From contig OZ316775.1 of NCBI GenBank assembly GCA_973851085.1, positions 15,376,001-15,440,000 of the forward strand: 64,000 nt of DNA. The letters are read 5' to 3'. The translations under genes and the position numbers were made by a program. The DNA is from Ptychomitrium polyphyllum. Its lineage: Eukaryota. A model generated the notes under the pieces. It did no database searches. It was not told where the DNA came from and saw nothing but the letters and a program-made list of their open reading frames with translations. This document shows, one piece after another, positions 26,996-38,014 of the stretch; within the stretch, counting starts at the first letter, position 1, and every line of letters starts with the position of its first letter.

Positions 26996-29637
26996 ATGGC
27001 GCTCAAGTTTTTGAACAAGAAGGGATGGCATACGGGTAGTTTGCGGAACATTGAGACGGTGTGGAAGGCGGAGCAGAAGCATGAGGGGGAGCAGAAGAAG
27101 CTCGAGGAGCTTCGGAAGCAGATTCAGGATGAGCGGGAGAAGTCGGAATTTCGTCTCATGCAAGAGCAGGCCGGACTAGTTCCGTAAGTGCTTCTCTTGA
27201 CCTGGATTCAGGTTTTCGTTCGTGTTGTTCATGCAGGTGTTCTTTCGGTCGTAATGGAAGTGCCGATTCATTGTGTTAGGGTTTGCTATGTGCGTTCCTC
27301 GTTGTTGGTTCACGCAGAGAGATTTGGTAAGGACGATGAGAAAGGAGATTTCACTTGCGAGAAACTCTTTTATATGTAGCTCTGGTCTAGGGTTTCCGTG
27401 TTCAATTTCGGTGCAGGATGTGTTGCTCGCTGTATTGTGGTATTGTGTAGTTAATAATATGGCGTACGACGAAGACAAATGCTTATTGTCTTCTTCCGTT
27501 TTACCTCTTGTGTACGAGAGTCGGAGTGAACTGTGGAGGGCATTCATGTTGAATCGGTGTGTTCTTGTGATGCAGGAAGCAGGAGCGGCTAGAGTTTCTG
27601 TACGATTCTGGTCTTCAGGTTGGGAAGGTTGCCCAAGCAGATGAATATCTTCTAGGGAAACCTGTGGAAGAGGCTGTGCAGCCTGAGAATGATGTTGGAC
27701 AGGTAAGAACCTCTCATAATCTCGAGGGCTTTACAATGGACAAAAGACCTAGATGTGTATAGAATTACCATTAATTTTTCCTGTACAGAAGAGGCCATTT
27801 TTTTGTGTGTGGCGCTCTTTTATTCTATGTCATATTCATGGTGGTCAACTTAAACCCGTGCAGGTAGCAGCTAAACCTGGTGCATTGTTTGTCGAGGAGA
27901 AACCTGCCTCGGCAAACGATTCCTGGAGGAAGCTGCACTCAGATCCCCTTTTTTTGATCAGACAACAAGAGCAAGCAGCGATTGCAAAGATAAAGAGCAA
28001 CCCAGTGAAGATGGCGGAAATAAAAAAAGCTGTAAGTATGTTCTCTTACCTCTTGGTTAGGTGATCGAATACATAAGAACACGTGTTAGGGTAAACGTTG
28101 CGGTTCATCGATGTCATCAAATCTGGTTGTGCCATTTCTACAGGTGGAGATTACGAAGAAGCTGAAGGAGGAAAAGAAAAATAAGCGGAAAGAGGCTAAA
28201 CGTGAACGCAGAGAAAAGAAGAAACAGAAAAAACTGCGGTTAAGCAGCAGTGAAGATTCCTCAGATTCAGACAATCCTCGAAAGAATATGAAGCATGGGC
28301 ATGAGTCGGATGCGGATGGTGATGCTGGTTATAAAGATAGGAGGACGCAAGTTTTATCTCGCAATCTATCCAGGAGCCCATCTAGGAGTCCGACCAGGAG
28401 TCCGACCAGAAGTCCTGTTCGAAAGGATCGTCGACAAAGCCCCAGGAAATTGAGGAGTCTGAGCAGAAGTCCTGCTCGGAGGAGGGATTATGGCCAGAGC
28501 AGATTAAGGAGAGATGATTTGGATTCTAGGGGTCCTTTGAAGAGTGAAGGAAGGCACCGGGAACATGATTTCAGTGATCAAAGGCTGAAAGAATCTAATC
28601 ATCAAGATTTTAGACCTCGTGATACTAGAGATCAGGAAAGAAGACCCAAGTCCTCGAACAATGGTTCTGCGGATGAAGATAAGAGGAAGCAAGTTTTGTC
28701 TCGCAATCTATCTCGAAGTCCATCCAGGAGTCCGACTAGAAGTCCTGTTCGAAAGGATCGTCGACAAAGCCCCAGGAAATTGAGGAGTCTGAGCAGAAGT
28801 CCTGCTCGGAGGAGGGATTATGGCCAGAGTAGATCAAGGAGAGATGATTTGGATTCTAGGGGTCCTTTGAAGGGTGAAGGTAGACTTCGGGAACATGATT
28901 TTAGTGATCAAAGGTCGAAAGAGTCTGATCATCAAGATTATGGAAAGAGAAAGAGAGCTCCATCAAGGAGTCTATCTAGAAGTCCTGTTCGGAGGAGCAG
29001 AAGTCCAGCTCAGCTGAGGGATTATGGTCAGAGTAGATCAAGGAGAGATGACTTGGATTTTAGGGGTGCTTTTAAGGGTGAAGGAAGGTACCGGGAACAT
29101 GATTTTAGCGATCAAAGGCTGAAAGAATCTAATCATCAAGATTTCAGATCTCGTGGTACCAGAGAACAGGAAAGAAAACTTAGGTACTCGAGCTATGGTT
29201 CTGATGACTTAGTACGCAATGATACGGCTGTGAGGGAGAAGAAGCTGGGTGCTGAACATGAGGGAGTTGGAAAAAAGGACACGAATGGTACTACTCTTGA
29301 TGTCCCTGCCAGGCCAACGAACAAAGGAAGACCTCCCAAGCCTGGGCAGCTGTCAGATGCCGAAAAGACTGTACGGTTAGCTGAGATGCAAGCTAATGCT
29401 GATGTTCATGAGGAGCAGAGGTGGCAACGTTTAAAACGTGCCGCTGATGCAGATGCTATGGAAGTAAAGCGATCCGAAAAAGACAAGTCAAACGAAGAAT
29501 TTCTAGCTGATACTCAGAAAAGCATCTTTGGATCAGAGAGGGCTAGTGCCTCCACTATTGAAAAAAGTGTAAAACGGCGGGCACATTTTATCGAGAGGTC
29601 AAGTGCAGATAACGAAAAAAATGCTTTCAGGCGGTGA
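26996..29637 (+). CDS. CWC25: Pre-mRNA-splicing factor CWC25-like (Cir_N + CWC25 domain, RS-rich tail)
   Basis: MALKFLNKKGWHTGSLRNIETVWKAEQ, ERLEFLYDSG, NDSWRKLHSDPLFLIRQQEQ. Exons 26996-27183, 27576-27702, 27864-28031 and 28144-29637. Confidence 0.9.
28348..29200 (+). repeat. Internal tandem duplication in CWC25 last exon (~340-nt unit, two long copies plus a partial third)
   Basis: QVLSRNLSRSPSRSP...RDYGQSR.RRDDLDSRGPLK.EGR.REHDFSDQR.KES.HQD recurs; the near-identical nucleotide blocks start ~28348 and ~28690, and the RDYGQS...HQD block occurs three times. Confidence 0.9.
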
Positions 29638-31899
29638 ACGGATGGGTAAGCTAGGATTCTGCAATTCGGCAGCCTATGATTTCCAGTTTAATATATGTCG
29701 GAGCATTCTAGCTTGTTGTTAAGGAGCACTTAATTCTTGGAGGACAGTTAGCACCACTGAGTATTCTAAGAGGCTCCTGTTTCTTGAGGCTTTGTTCTCA
29801 CATTGCGTTCAGTATCCTCGGCTTGCTGCTGTGGAACTTTCACAAATTTGTATATGCTGTTTGTGTTCGACTAGGTGGAAGTTTTTGGCAAGAATTTTAT
29901 GGATAGAGGGCTCCTGCAGGTGCAGTTCATGCATATATACGAGAAGAAGTAATTGATATCTTATTTGCCCTGACCATGCTCAGAAACCTTAAACTTTTGT
30001 CCTTTGTAATGCTTTTTTTATCTGCTGAATTAGAGGTTTGCGTGATTGTATTGCTAAGTATGCCCCATACATACTATGGGGCTTATATAATGAATGGAAG
30101 TAACTCTTTTAGGTTTTGTAGGAAGGCATTCTAATGTTGTTTTTATTTATATAGTCGTCAGATTTATCCAGTGATTCTGGATCTGATGCTACGTAGTTCA
30201 AGATGACATTAGCTCACAGTCCTGGAGCGTGTTTTCATGATGACCCATACAGCCTAATTCCTTAAGATCTAGTGGTTAGTGGTTTGATGAAGGAGAATGG
30301 TAAGTCAAGGTTTACACCAACTTGGAGTTCACTTGTTCAGATTGGGTGTTACAGTTGAAGGACTAAATTAATATAATTATTGAAAGTGAAAAAGCACTCT
30401 ATGACCTAACATTTGTTGGAATGTAACATTACTATGACCATAATCATCATATAGGTGCTTCAATATGCAAAGTATGTGCAAAGTATATGATAGTAATATC
30501 CACTCATGATGATATTCTAAATTAGCATCTATTTCTAATGCTTGACATGGCATTGAAGGAAGGCATTGAAAGAAGTAAAGTATGGCTTAAGGACAATTGA
30601 CCTTAGTGCAAATTCATTGAAATTGAGTAATTTTTCTATTTTTTAAAGATCTCTTTAATTATTAGTTTTAATTATGAACAAGTGTTTGAACAAAAGTATT
30701 TTAAAAAAATAAAGTGTAAATTTTATTTGTACAAATTCAATATTTTCTAGGATTTTTTTCTTTTCCTCCTATGTTTAAAAAGAAAATTTTGCACTTGCAT
30801 GATGTAGGTACTTCCAAATTTATTATTAGTATTTTGCAATACTTCCAATAAATGATATTCACCAACAAATCAAAAGTTACAATATAGATTTAATTTTCAT
30901 CTAAGGTATTAATCCATATTAATGTAGTTTAGTTCATATAATATCTTAACATGGTTTATAAATATTTTTGTTGGTTGAAGATATTTATTTTTATGCACAG
31001 ATATACACATGTATTTGTGCAATAAAATTTCACAAAAGAAACAAATACCAATACATGGAATTTAAAACATAATTTACTGTTTATATCAATCATCTAATTA
31101 TTTGTTTAAAGCACAATTTATAATATTTTGTAAACAGTATTAAAGTTTAGAAACTCAACAAATCATTGAACAAAACATATATCATATAGTAATATGTGAT
31201 TATTATCCAAATGAGATGACAAATTCGATGATAATATGAATAAAAAGCTTTGAAGAATTTTATAAACATCTCCAATTTGGAATTACAGAATTGCAAGCTT
31301 CTGAACAAAATAAAAGTAGAAAAGCAAAAGTACGCTATTGTAATGATTTTGACATGACATACGCCGATTATAGGTGTCCTTTTAAATGGAATGGCTATCG
31401 TGGATAGTATTGGGTTTGGGGTGCGGTGATGGTTTCAAGTATGCATCTCGTGATGGAAATACGCGCACTTTCCGGTGCACAAACAGTAGGATCCGACCCG
31501 ATCGGGTTGGGCGGCAGTCGGCGGTTCTCAGCGGCGAGCAGGGCTCGAACTTGGCGGCCACCCAAGCAGAAGAGCGATTCACAAGCAGGGCAGGAGTGCG
31601 CCTGCGGCACATGTGGAGGGCTTGGGGTTTGGTCGTTGCATTGCAGTGCGGGGCCTTCACGCGGGGCAGGCCTTACGGGAGGAGACAGTCTTCACGGCAG
31701 CTTGCCAACACTCCGTCGGGCTTGCCTGGGCAGCAAGCGCACCGTGCATTTCGTGGTGCGCGCAGCGTGGAACTGTTAAGGCGGGCTCTTGTGACAGAGG
31801 TGGATGAGCATCGTCCATACTAGGGTCTCTGCCATATCCATTTTTTAGGGTTCCGCTACGCGCGTTTCTATCTGCAGGAGTTGTGTGTGAGGTTTCAAG

Positions 31900-34460
31900 A
31901 TGTATAACGGGATTGGATTATCGACGCCGCGCGGATCTGGTACGAATGGTTATATTCAGACGAATAAGTTCTTCGTGAAGTCGCGGCCGGTGCGGTCGGA
32001 GGCGAAGGAGTTTCAGACCGGCCAGGGCGCAGGCGGCGTGCTGCGGAAGGCGAACAAGGATATTCTGGAACACGATCGCAAGAGGCGCATCGAGCTCAAG
32101 CTGATCGAGCTGGAGGATCAGCTGGTGGATCAGGGCTATCCGGACGAGGAGGTGTTGGAGCGTGTGGAGGCTTTGCGGAAGGGTTTGGAGGCTGCGGGGG
32201 CAGAGGATGGCGATGATGCGTCTGCAGGGGTCGAAAACCGGTATGTCGTTTTTTGTGTTCTTGACATGTCTGTAGGTTCGTTTTGGAAGTTGAGAGAAAG
32301 TGAAACACAAATATCTTCAGGAGGCACTGCTTGTAACGAATGGGAGATGACATATTTGCTATTCTGAGGTTAAATAAGTAGTATTGCTTGGGATTGCTTG
32401 GAGACTGAATCGGTCGATTTGTTGTGTCAGGTCATTATGAGCATGAATTAGTATGCTAATGCGTATGTCTCAGGATGCTGTCTGAGCTACATAAGCATAT
32501 CAGGTTCGGAAGTATTTTGGTGCTCTAGGGTTTCGGAAAATTAAGGGCCTTGCTCACTCTGATTTGCGTGTGATTAAACTCTGAGCAACAGCCAAGGCCG
32601 TGTTTCAGGAGAATAGGAACGTAAAATGTATACGGCTTGAGAATTAAATGTATGTATCATAGCATTATGGTGCATCCTCGGTTGTGTAGTGGGTAGATAA
32701 ACTTACTAATTCGCGTTTTTTAGCTTCTTTTGTGTCATGCGGTGATGTAGTGGTTGGGATGTTTTCTTATTTTTTGTCCTCGGGAGAGTGTAAGCGAAGC
32801 TAGTTGGACTGTTACGGTATTCTCAGAGCGCATTTATAATGGCTGAGATTGTGAATTCTGATACGGTCGGTGTGGGGTTCTTTGTTTGTGTTGTTGTTGT
32901 TGTTGTAGTTATTTTTGTAGTCACTGTTGTGGCTCCTGTTGTCCATTGCTACAACAGAGGCAACAACAACAGCGACATAAACAAAGATCCCCTGACAGTG
33001 GAGAGAAACGGAGGAAATTTATATGTACAAGAGATTGTATAATGTACATATATACCGTATGATATATGAAGACCGTATATATAGTTCACATAGGTGTGTT
33101 AGCTGTGCATTTGATTGAAGCTTCGTGGCGTATCATAATGGTGCATCCAGGATGTGGTTCGGTGGTTGCTGGATCAAAGGGTATGTTCGCATTTTCTCAA
33201 GGGTCTATTATGAGCATGAATTAGCATGCTTATGCACATATCACATTATGCCTACATAGGGCATATTAGGGACTCCTGCGCCAAAAGAGAAACGTGTACT
33301 GACATGTTATTTGTACTGTGTGTTCTTGCAGAGTGAACTCAACACAAAGCCACCACATTGCTGCGCAGAAAGAAAAGCAATTGGAGACAATGAGAGATGC
33401 TCTTGGGTTGAAAGAGGTCAAGGAGGGTGAAGCTTTCGATCGGGATTTGCAAGAGCAGAAAAAGCAGGAGCGAATAATGGCAAGGGAAGAGAAAGACCGG
33501 GAAAGACGTGAGAAGCAGGCTGCTATTGAGGAGGAAGAAAAGCGGCAGAAGAAAGAGCAGCGCCGTGAGGAGAAGCTCAGGCAACGGGAACAAGAGGAGG
33601 AAGAGCATAGACAGAGAAAACGTGATCGCAAGGCTCGAAGAGAGCAGGAAGAAGAAGAGCGACAACAGAAGAAAAAAGAAGCAAGGGAGAAGAGAGAGCT
33701 TGAAGACGAGGAGCGGCATCAGAAGAGGAAAGAGTCGAGGGAGGATAGGGATCCGGAGGACGAGGAACGATATCAAAGGAAGAAAGAGTCGAGGGAGAAG
33801 AGGGAGCCAGATGACGAGGAGCGACATCAGAAGAGGAAAGAGTCTAGGGAGGACAAGGCTCCGGAGGATGAGGAGCGATATCAAAGGAAGAAAGAGTCGA
33901 GGGAGAAGAGGGAGCCAGATGACGAGGAGCGACATCAGAAGAGGAAAGAGTCTAGGGAGGACAAGGCTCCGGAGGATGAGGAGCGATATCAAAGGAAGAA
34001 AGAGTCTAGGGAGGACAAGGCTCCGGAGGATGAGGAGCGATATCAAAGGAAGAAAGAGTCGAGGGAGAAGAGGGAGCCAGATGACGAGGAGCGACATCAG
34101 AAGAGGAGGGAAACGAGAGAACCGGAAGATGACTACCGACCTCTGAAGAGGAGGGAGACGAGGGACCTGGAAGATGAGGAACGTCCTCAGAAGAGGAGGG
34201 AGACGAGGGACCTGGAAGACGAGGAACGACCTCAGAAGAGGAGGGAGACGAGGGACTTGGAAGATGAGGAACGTCCTCAGAAGAGGAGGGAGACGAGGGA
34301 CCTGGAAGACGAGGAACGACCTCAGAAGAGGAGGGAGACGAGGGACTTGGAAGATGAGGAACGTCCTCAGAAGAGGAGGGAGAAGAGGGACCTGGAAGAC
34401 GAGGAACGACATCAGAAGAAGAAAGAATCGAGGGAGAAGAGGGAGAAGAGGGAGCACTAG
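31900..34460 (+). CDS. CWC21: CWC21/SRRM2-like splicing factor (cwf21 domain) with long charged repeat tail, 2 exons
   Basis: MYNGIGLSTPRGSGTNGYIQTN...ILEHDRKRRIELKL. Exons 31900-32240 and 33332-34460 (CG|A = Arg, GT-AG). Confidence 0.9.
32874..32992 (+). ncRNA. Intronic long foldback (pre-miRNA-like or splicing-regulatory hairpin), candidate
   Basis: 32874-32905 pairs with 32961-32992 (32 positions, one mismatch, three G:U). An inner stem CTGTTGTGGC/GCTACAACAG closes a 14-nt loop. Confidence 0.45.
33705..34430 (+). repeat. Coding minisatellite in CWC21: 54-nt (18-aa) units followed by 45-nt (15-aa) units
   Basis: DEERHQKRKESREDKAPE / DEERYQRKKESREKREPD alternate, then EDEERPQKRRETRDL repeats about 5-6 times. 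Confidence 0.95.
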
Positions 34461-35366
34461 GTCTCAAGGATACGGTCCTTCAACCCTTTTTGTACATTTT
34501 ACAACACGGAAGAATTTGTAGGTTGTTTCAGATAAGAAATTCAGGGTGAAGTGAGTTCTCCAGTGCTTCATGGTTTTTCTTACAAGATGTAGAAAGGAAG
34601 TTAAGTGCGTGATTGATACTCAGTTTAGCAGAAGAGATGCACTTGGCATCCCGTTTTGTAGATTAGGAAAAAATCGGATTCTGATTGCTCTTTTGTTAAC
34701 TAGCTGCATGTCAAGGTGATCGAAGCAGATGTTTGGACTGAATTAGCTAGGCCCTCGTCTTGACACGCTTTAGTCTGAAAACTTGTACAATGCTTCAGTT
34801 CCTTTTTTGCACAATTGAACTTTTTGCACTGTCTTTGATATGTCTGGGAGTTTGTCATTACTGTGAACGGTTCACATAATTGGAGGCCTGTGATGCAGCA
34901 GAGTAACTTTGGGAAATTAAGTCATAGCATGCTCGAAACATCCTAGGCCGTGCACACTTAAATGAGGATGACACTTTTTATTAGAGTTCAAATTTTGATT
35001 TCATAACGCAAGTTTTAAGTTCATGACGCAACAGTTGCCATTCCGCTGCGACCATTGGGTAACAAATGTGATGATCATTACAATGTAATTCTGTGACTGC
35101 GAGTTCTCTTTAAGATTCAATGTAGGCCTTGGAGCAAATTTGTGCACTACCAAAACATCCGTTCAAGATTCCGAGGGTATAATCTCAGATTAGTTTTTAT
35201 ATTTTTTGGCGTAAACAACTAAGAATAACCTCAGGTCGTATTTGCAAAGTGTGATCTAAAACCAGCAAGGGCTTTCTTATTTCGCAGTAAAGGAGAGACT
35301 AATATTGTTCATGCTTATGTGCATACAATCCACAATATATATACTTGTGTGTGTATATGCAATCTG

Positions 35367-35482
35367 TAGAATGTATACAAAAGCAGCAAACTAGAAGTTT
35401 TGAAAATTTGTTCTTGCTTGATATAGAATGTATACAAAAGCAGCAAACTAGAAGTTTTGAAGTTTTGTTCTTGCTTGATATA
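35367..35482. repeat. Near-perfect 57-bp tandem duplication
   Basis: TAGAATGTATACAAAAGCAGCAAACTAGAAGTTTTGAA..TTTGTTCTTGCTTGATA x2. Confidence 0.9.
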
Positions 35483-38014
35483 GGTGCAGATGCTTGGTAT
35501 AGGTATAGACGTGGAAGCTTTTGACCTACACTCTAATCTTATTAATATGACATTTGATTATGTAACAATCTTATCTATACAATACATTTTTGTGCAAATT
35601 GATCTAACTAGTTCAAATTCCCTTTATAACATGACTATGATACATTGTAATATAACAATAAAGACCATCCATTTATCACAAAGATAATTAATGCTTAATA
35701 TAAATGAATTTTATCTAAATTAATGAATATTTGAAAAAATATATGATACTTCATTTATTGATTCTTTGCATCATAAGTATTGCTGCATCTCAATTATTCC
35801 TTGCATCATATGTGTTGTTGCATATTGAAATCCTAACTGCTAAGGTTCCGCAACATGACCATAAGCAATTGGAAATAGCCATGTATTGTTTAAAACTACT
35901 TTAGTTCTTCAATAAGCGCTATAAAAGAGCCAATCAACAAAAAAAATATATACAAAAATTGTTAGATGCCCATTATAATAAGTAAATCCAATTGAAAATC
36001 TTATGAAAACTTCTAAGTTTAGGACTAGGAAATGGCTACTAGGGCTTATATTGCAACTAAGGTTGGTTGCCATTTACAAGCTTTGCAAATATTTAATATT
36101 TTACAACCACAACAATATATTTCTATACTTATTATGGTCAAATTTTGAAAACTTCAATAATACAATATCAAATGCCATAAATGTTCTACAATAAAAAACA
36201 CAATATTTTGATTATACAACTTTTTTCTTGTTTCTCAAACTTGTCATATTAAAAAGGGACTATAATATATTATAGTTTGTGGTAAGATAATAGAAAAGGT
36301 TTGTTGTCTAGTTTTAGAGAATAAACAATGTTAGATGCACTATGGTATCTTAAAGCATCCATTGATATTTAATTAATACCTACAATTCTTTTTAATGATC
36401 TTAATTAAATTAATATACATAATAGATAAGTAATAAATTTTAAATTATTTATAATTACTTTATTTTTATTATTCAAATAAACACCATTAACTTCAAATCC
36501 TATTTATACTACAAAAATTTCTCTTGCAAAATTTATTTTACACTAAACTATACTAAAAATGAATTGAATTTCAAAGATTTAAATATTGAAACAAACTAAT
36601 ATTTAAGAATAAAACTTGACAATACTATAAATATTTTCACATTTGGCAAGGTTGGTGATCTACAACGCCTACAAATGTGGAGTTTTGACAAGAAAATTAT
36701 GGTCAACATTCTAAATTCAAAGATGATCAATTTTCTTCATTTTTTTACAATCTTTAGACTTAAAGGCCTTAAATTGGGAAAAGTTGTTTTGATTGGTAGT
36801 TTGTTATTGATAAAAACATAATTCTTCAACACCTATAGTCATATAAAGGTTTTAACATTCAATATACTTACTAATCCACATAGAATATTCCAACATTAAT
36901 TCTTTACATTGGCAAAACTTCCAAATCCTTTATTAAAGAATCCTTTCATGAACTTTAAACTTTCAAAGATATAGAAATGCATCAATAAGCATTGCAAGCA
37001 TTGTAAAGAATGATAATGCTAGCTTAGTTCTAAACCAAGCTAAGCACTATGTGATCCGGCTCCCACAACCAATGCGCTCCCAAAAGAGTTCTTAGAATAT
37101 TCGAAGGCCAAGCGAGCAATCCAACCTTCCAGGAAGGAGCAACCTCCCCGCACCAGATGAAATCTAACACAAGGCCAATCGACACACCCCCAGTACTACA
37201 GCAGTACCAAATACCAAACACTTATTCTGAATACTCGCCGTACTGAAATCCTTGCAATTGCATTAACAATTGCCAGAGTAATATTTCGGTACTGACACAA
37301 CACTGCAAAAACGTGGTCAATTCTTCGACGATGTTCATCCATCCACGTAGAAATGCTCCCATATTTATCCATAAATAGCTAACAATCATCCAACCAATAC
37401 AGCAGTGCTACTAATACATTCACGGCCGTGTAGTAGCACGAATGTCCCGGTATTGATCCTACGTTGTAATACGTAATTATATTGTTACGGTATTCATCCG
37501 GAAGTTAGAAGTGCTACTGTAGTATTCATCCGACCCTGGTCTTCGCATCGTATCGGTAATTCATCCAGGATAATTCATCCGTCGCAGTTGGGGAGACTCG
37601 CACTCGGCGTGAGTGGCTGCGGAGGTGCCGGTGGGATGGCGGAGCCGGTGGCCTCGGAAGCTGAAACGCATCGCAATGCGCGACGCCGTGGCACGCTCGG
37701 CGCAGCCAAGTGAGGCCACTTGGCACCACGCTGCCGCCATCAAATCCATGGTGTCCGCGACGGCCAATGATTTCAGCGACGTTGACGATTTCTGCTCAGG
37801 CGCAGATGGATGTGCGATGGCTGGACCGCAGCTGATCGATCCGCTCGCTGTGAAGCCATAGCACCATTCCTGACGTAGCGTGAACTTGCTAGTTCGACGT
37901 GCATCTCATCGCGCACTTTCAAGGGTTGTGTACTGGTCCACTAGGTGGGGAGGCAGGGACTGAATCTTCTGGGTGTGTGTGGGGAGGTGGCGTAGTGGCG
38001 GAGACGTTGTGCAG

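Noticed and set aside
26627..27163. 178-aa minus-strand ORF
   Set aside because: It is the antisense shadow of CWC25 exon 1 and its GT-rich leader.
31382..31823. Overlapping ORFs upstream of CWC21
   Set aside because: GC-rich promoter region with no coding signature.
33705..34430. CRISPR-like repeat array
   Set aside because: These are head-to-tail coding repeats without unique spacers, in a eukaryotic exon.
33339..34457. 372-aa antisense Leu/Phe/Pro-rich ORF and 212-aa alternate-frame ORF over the CWC21 tail
   Set aside because: These are by-products of a purine-rich tandem repeat that lacks stops in other frames; there is no independent evidence.
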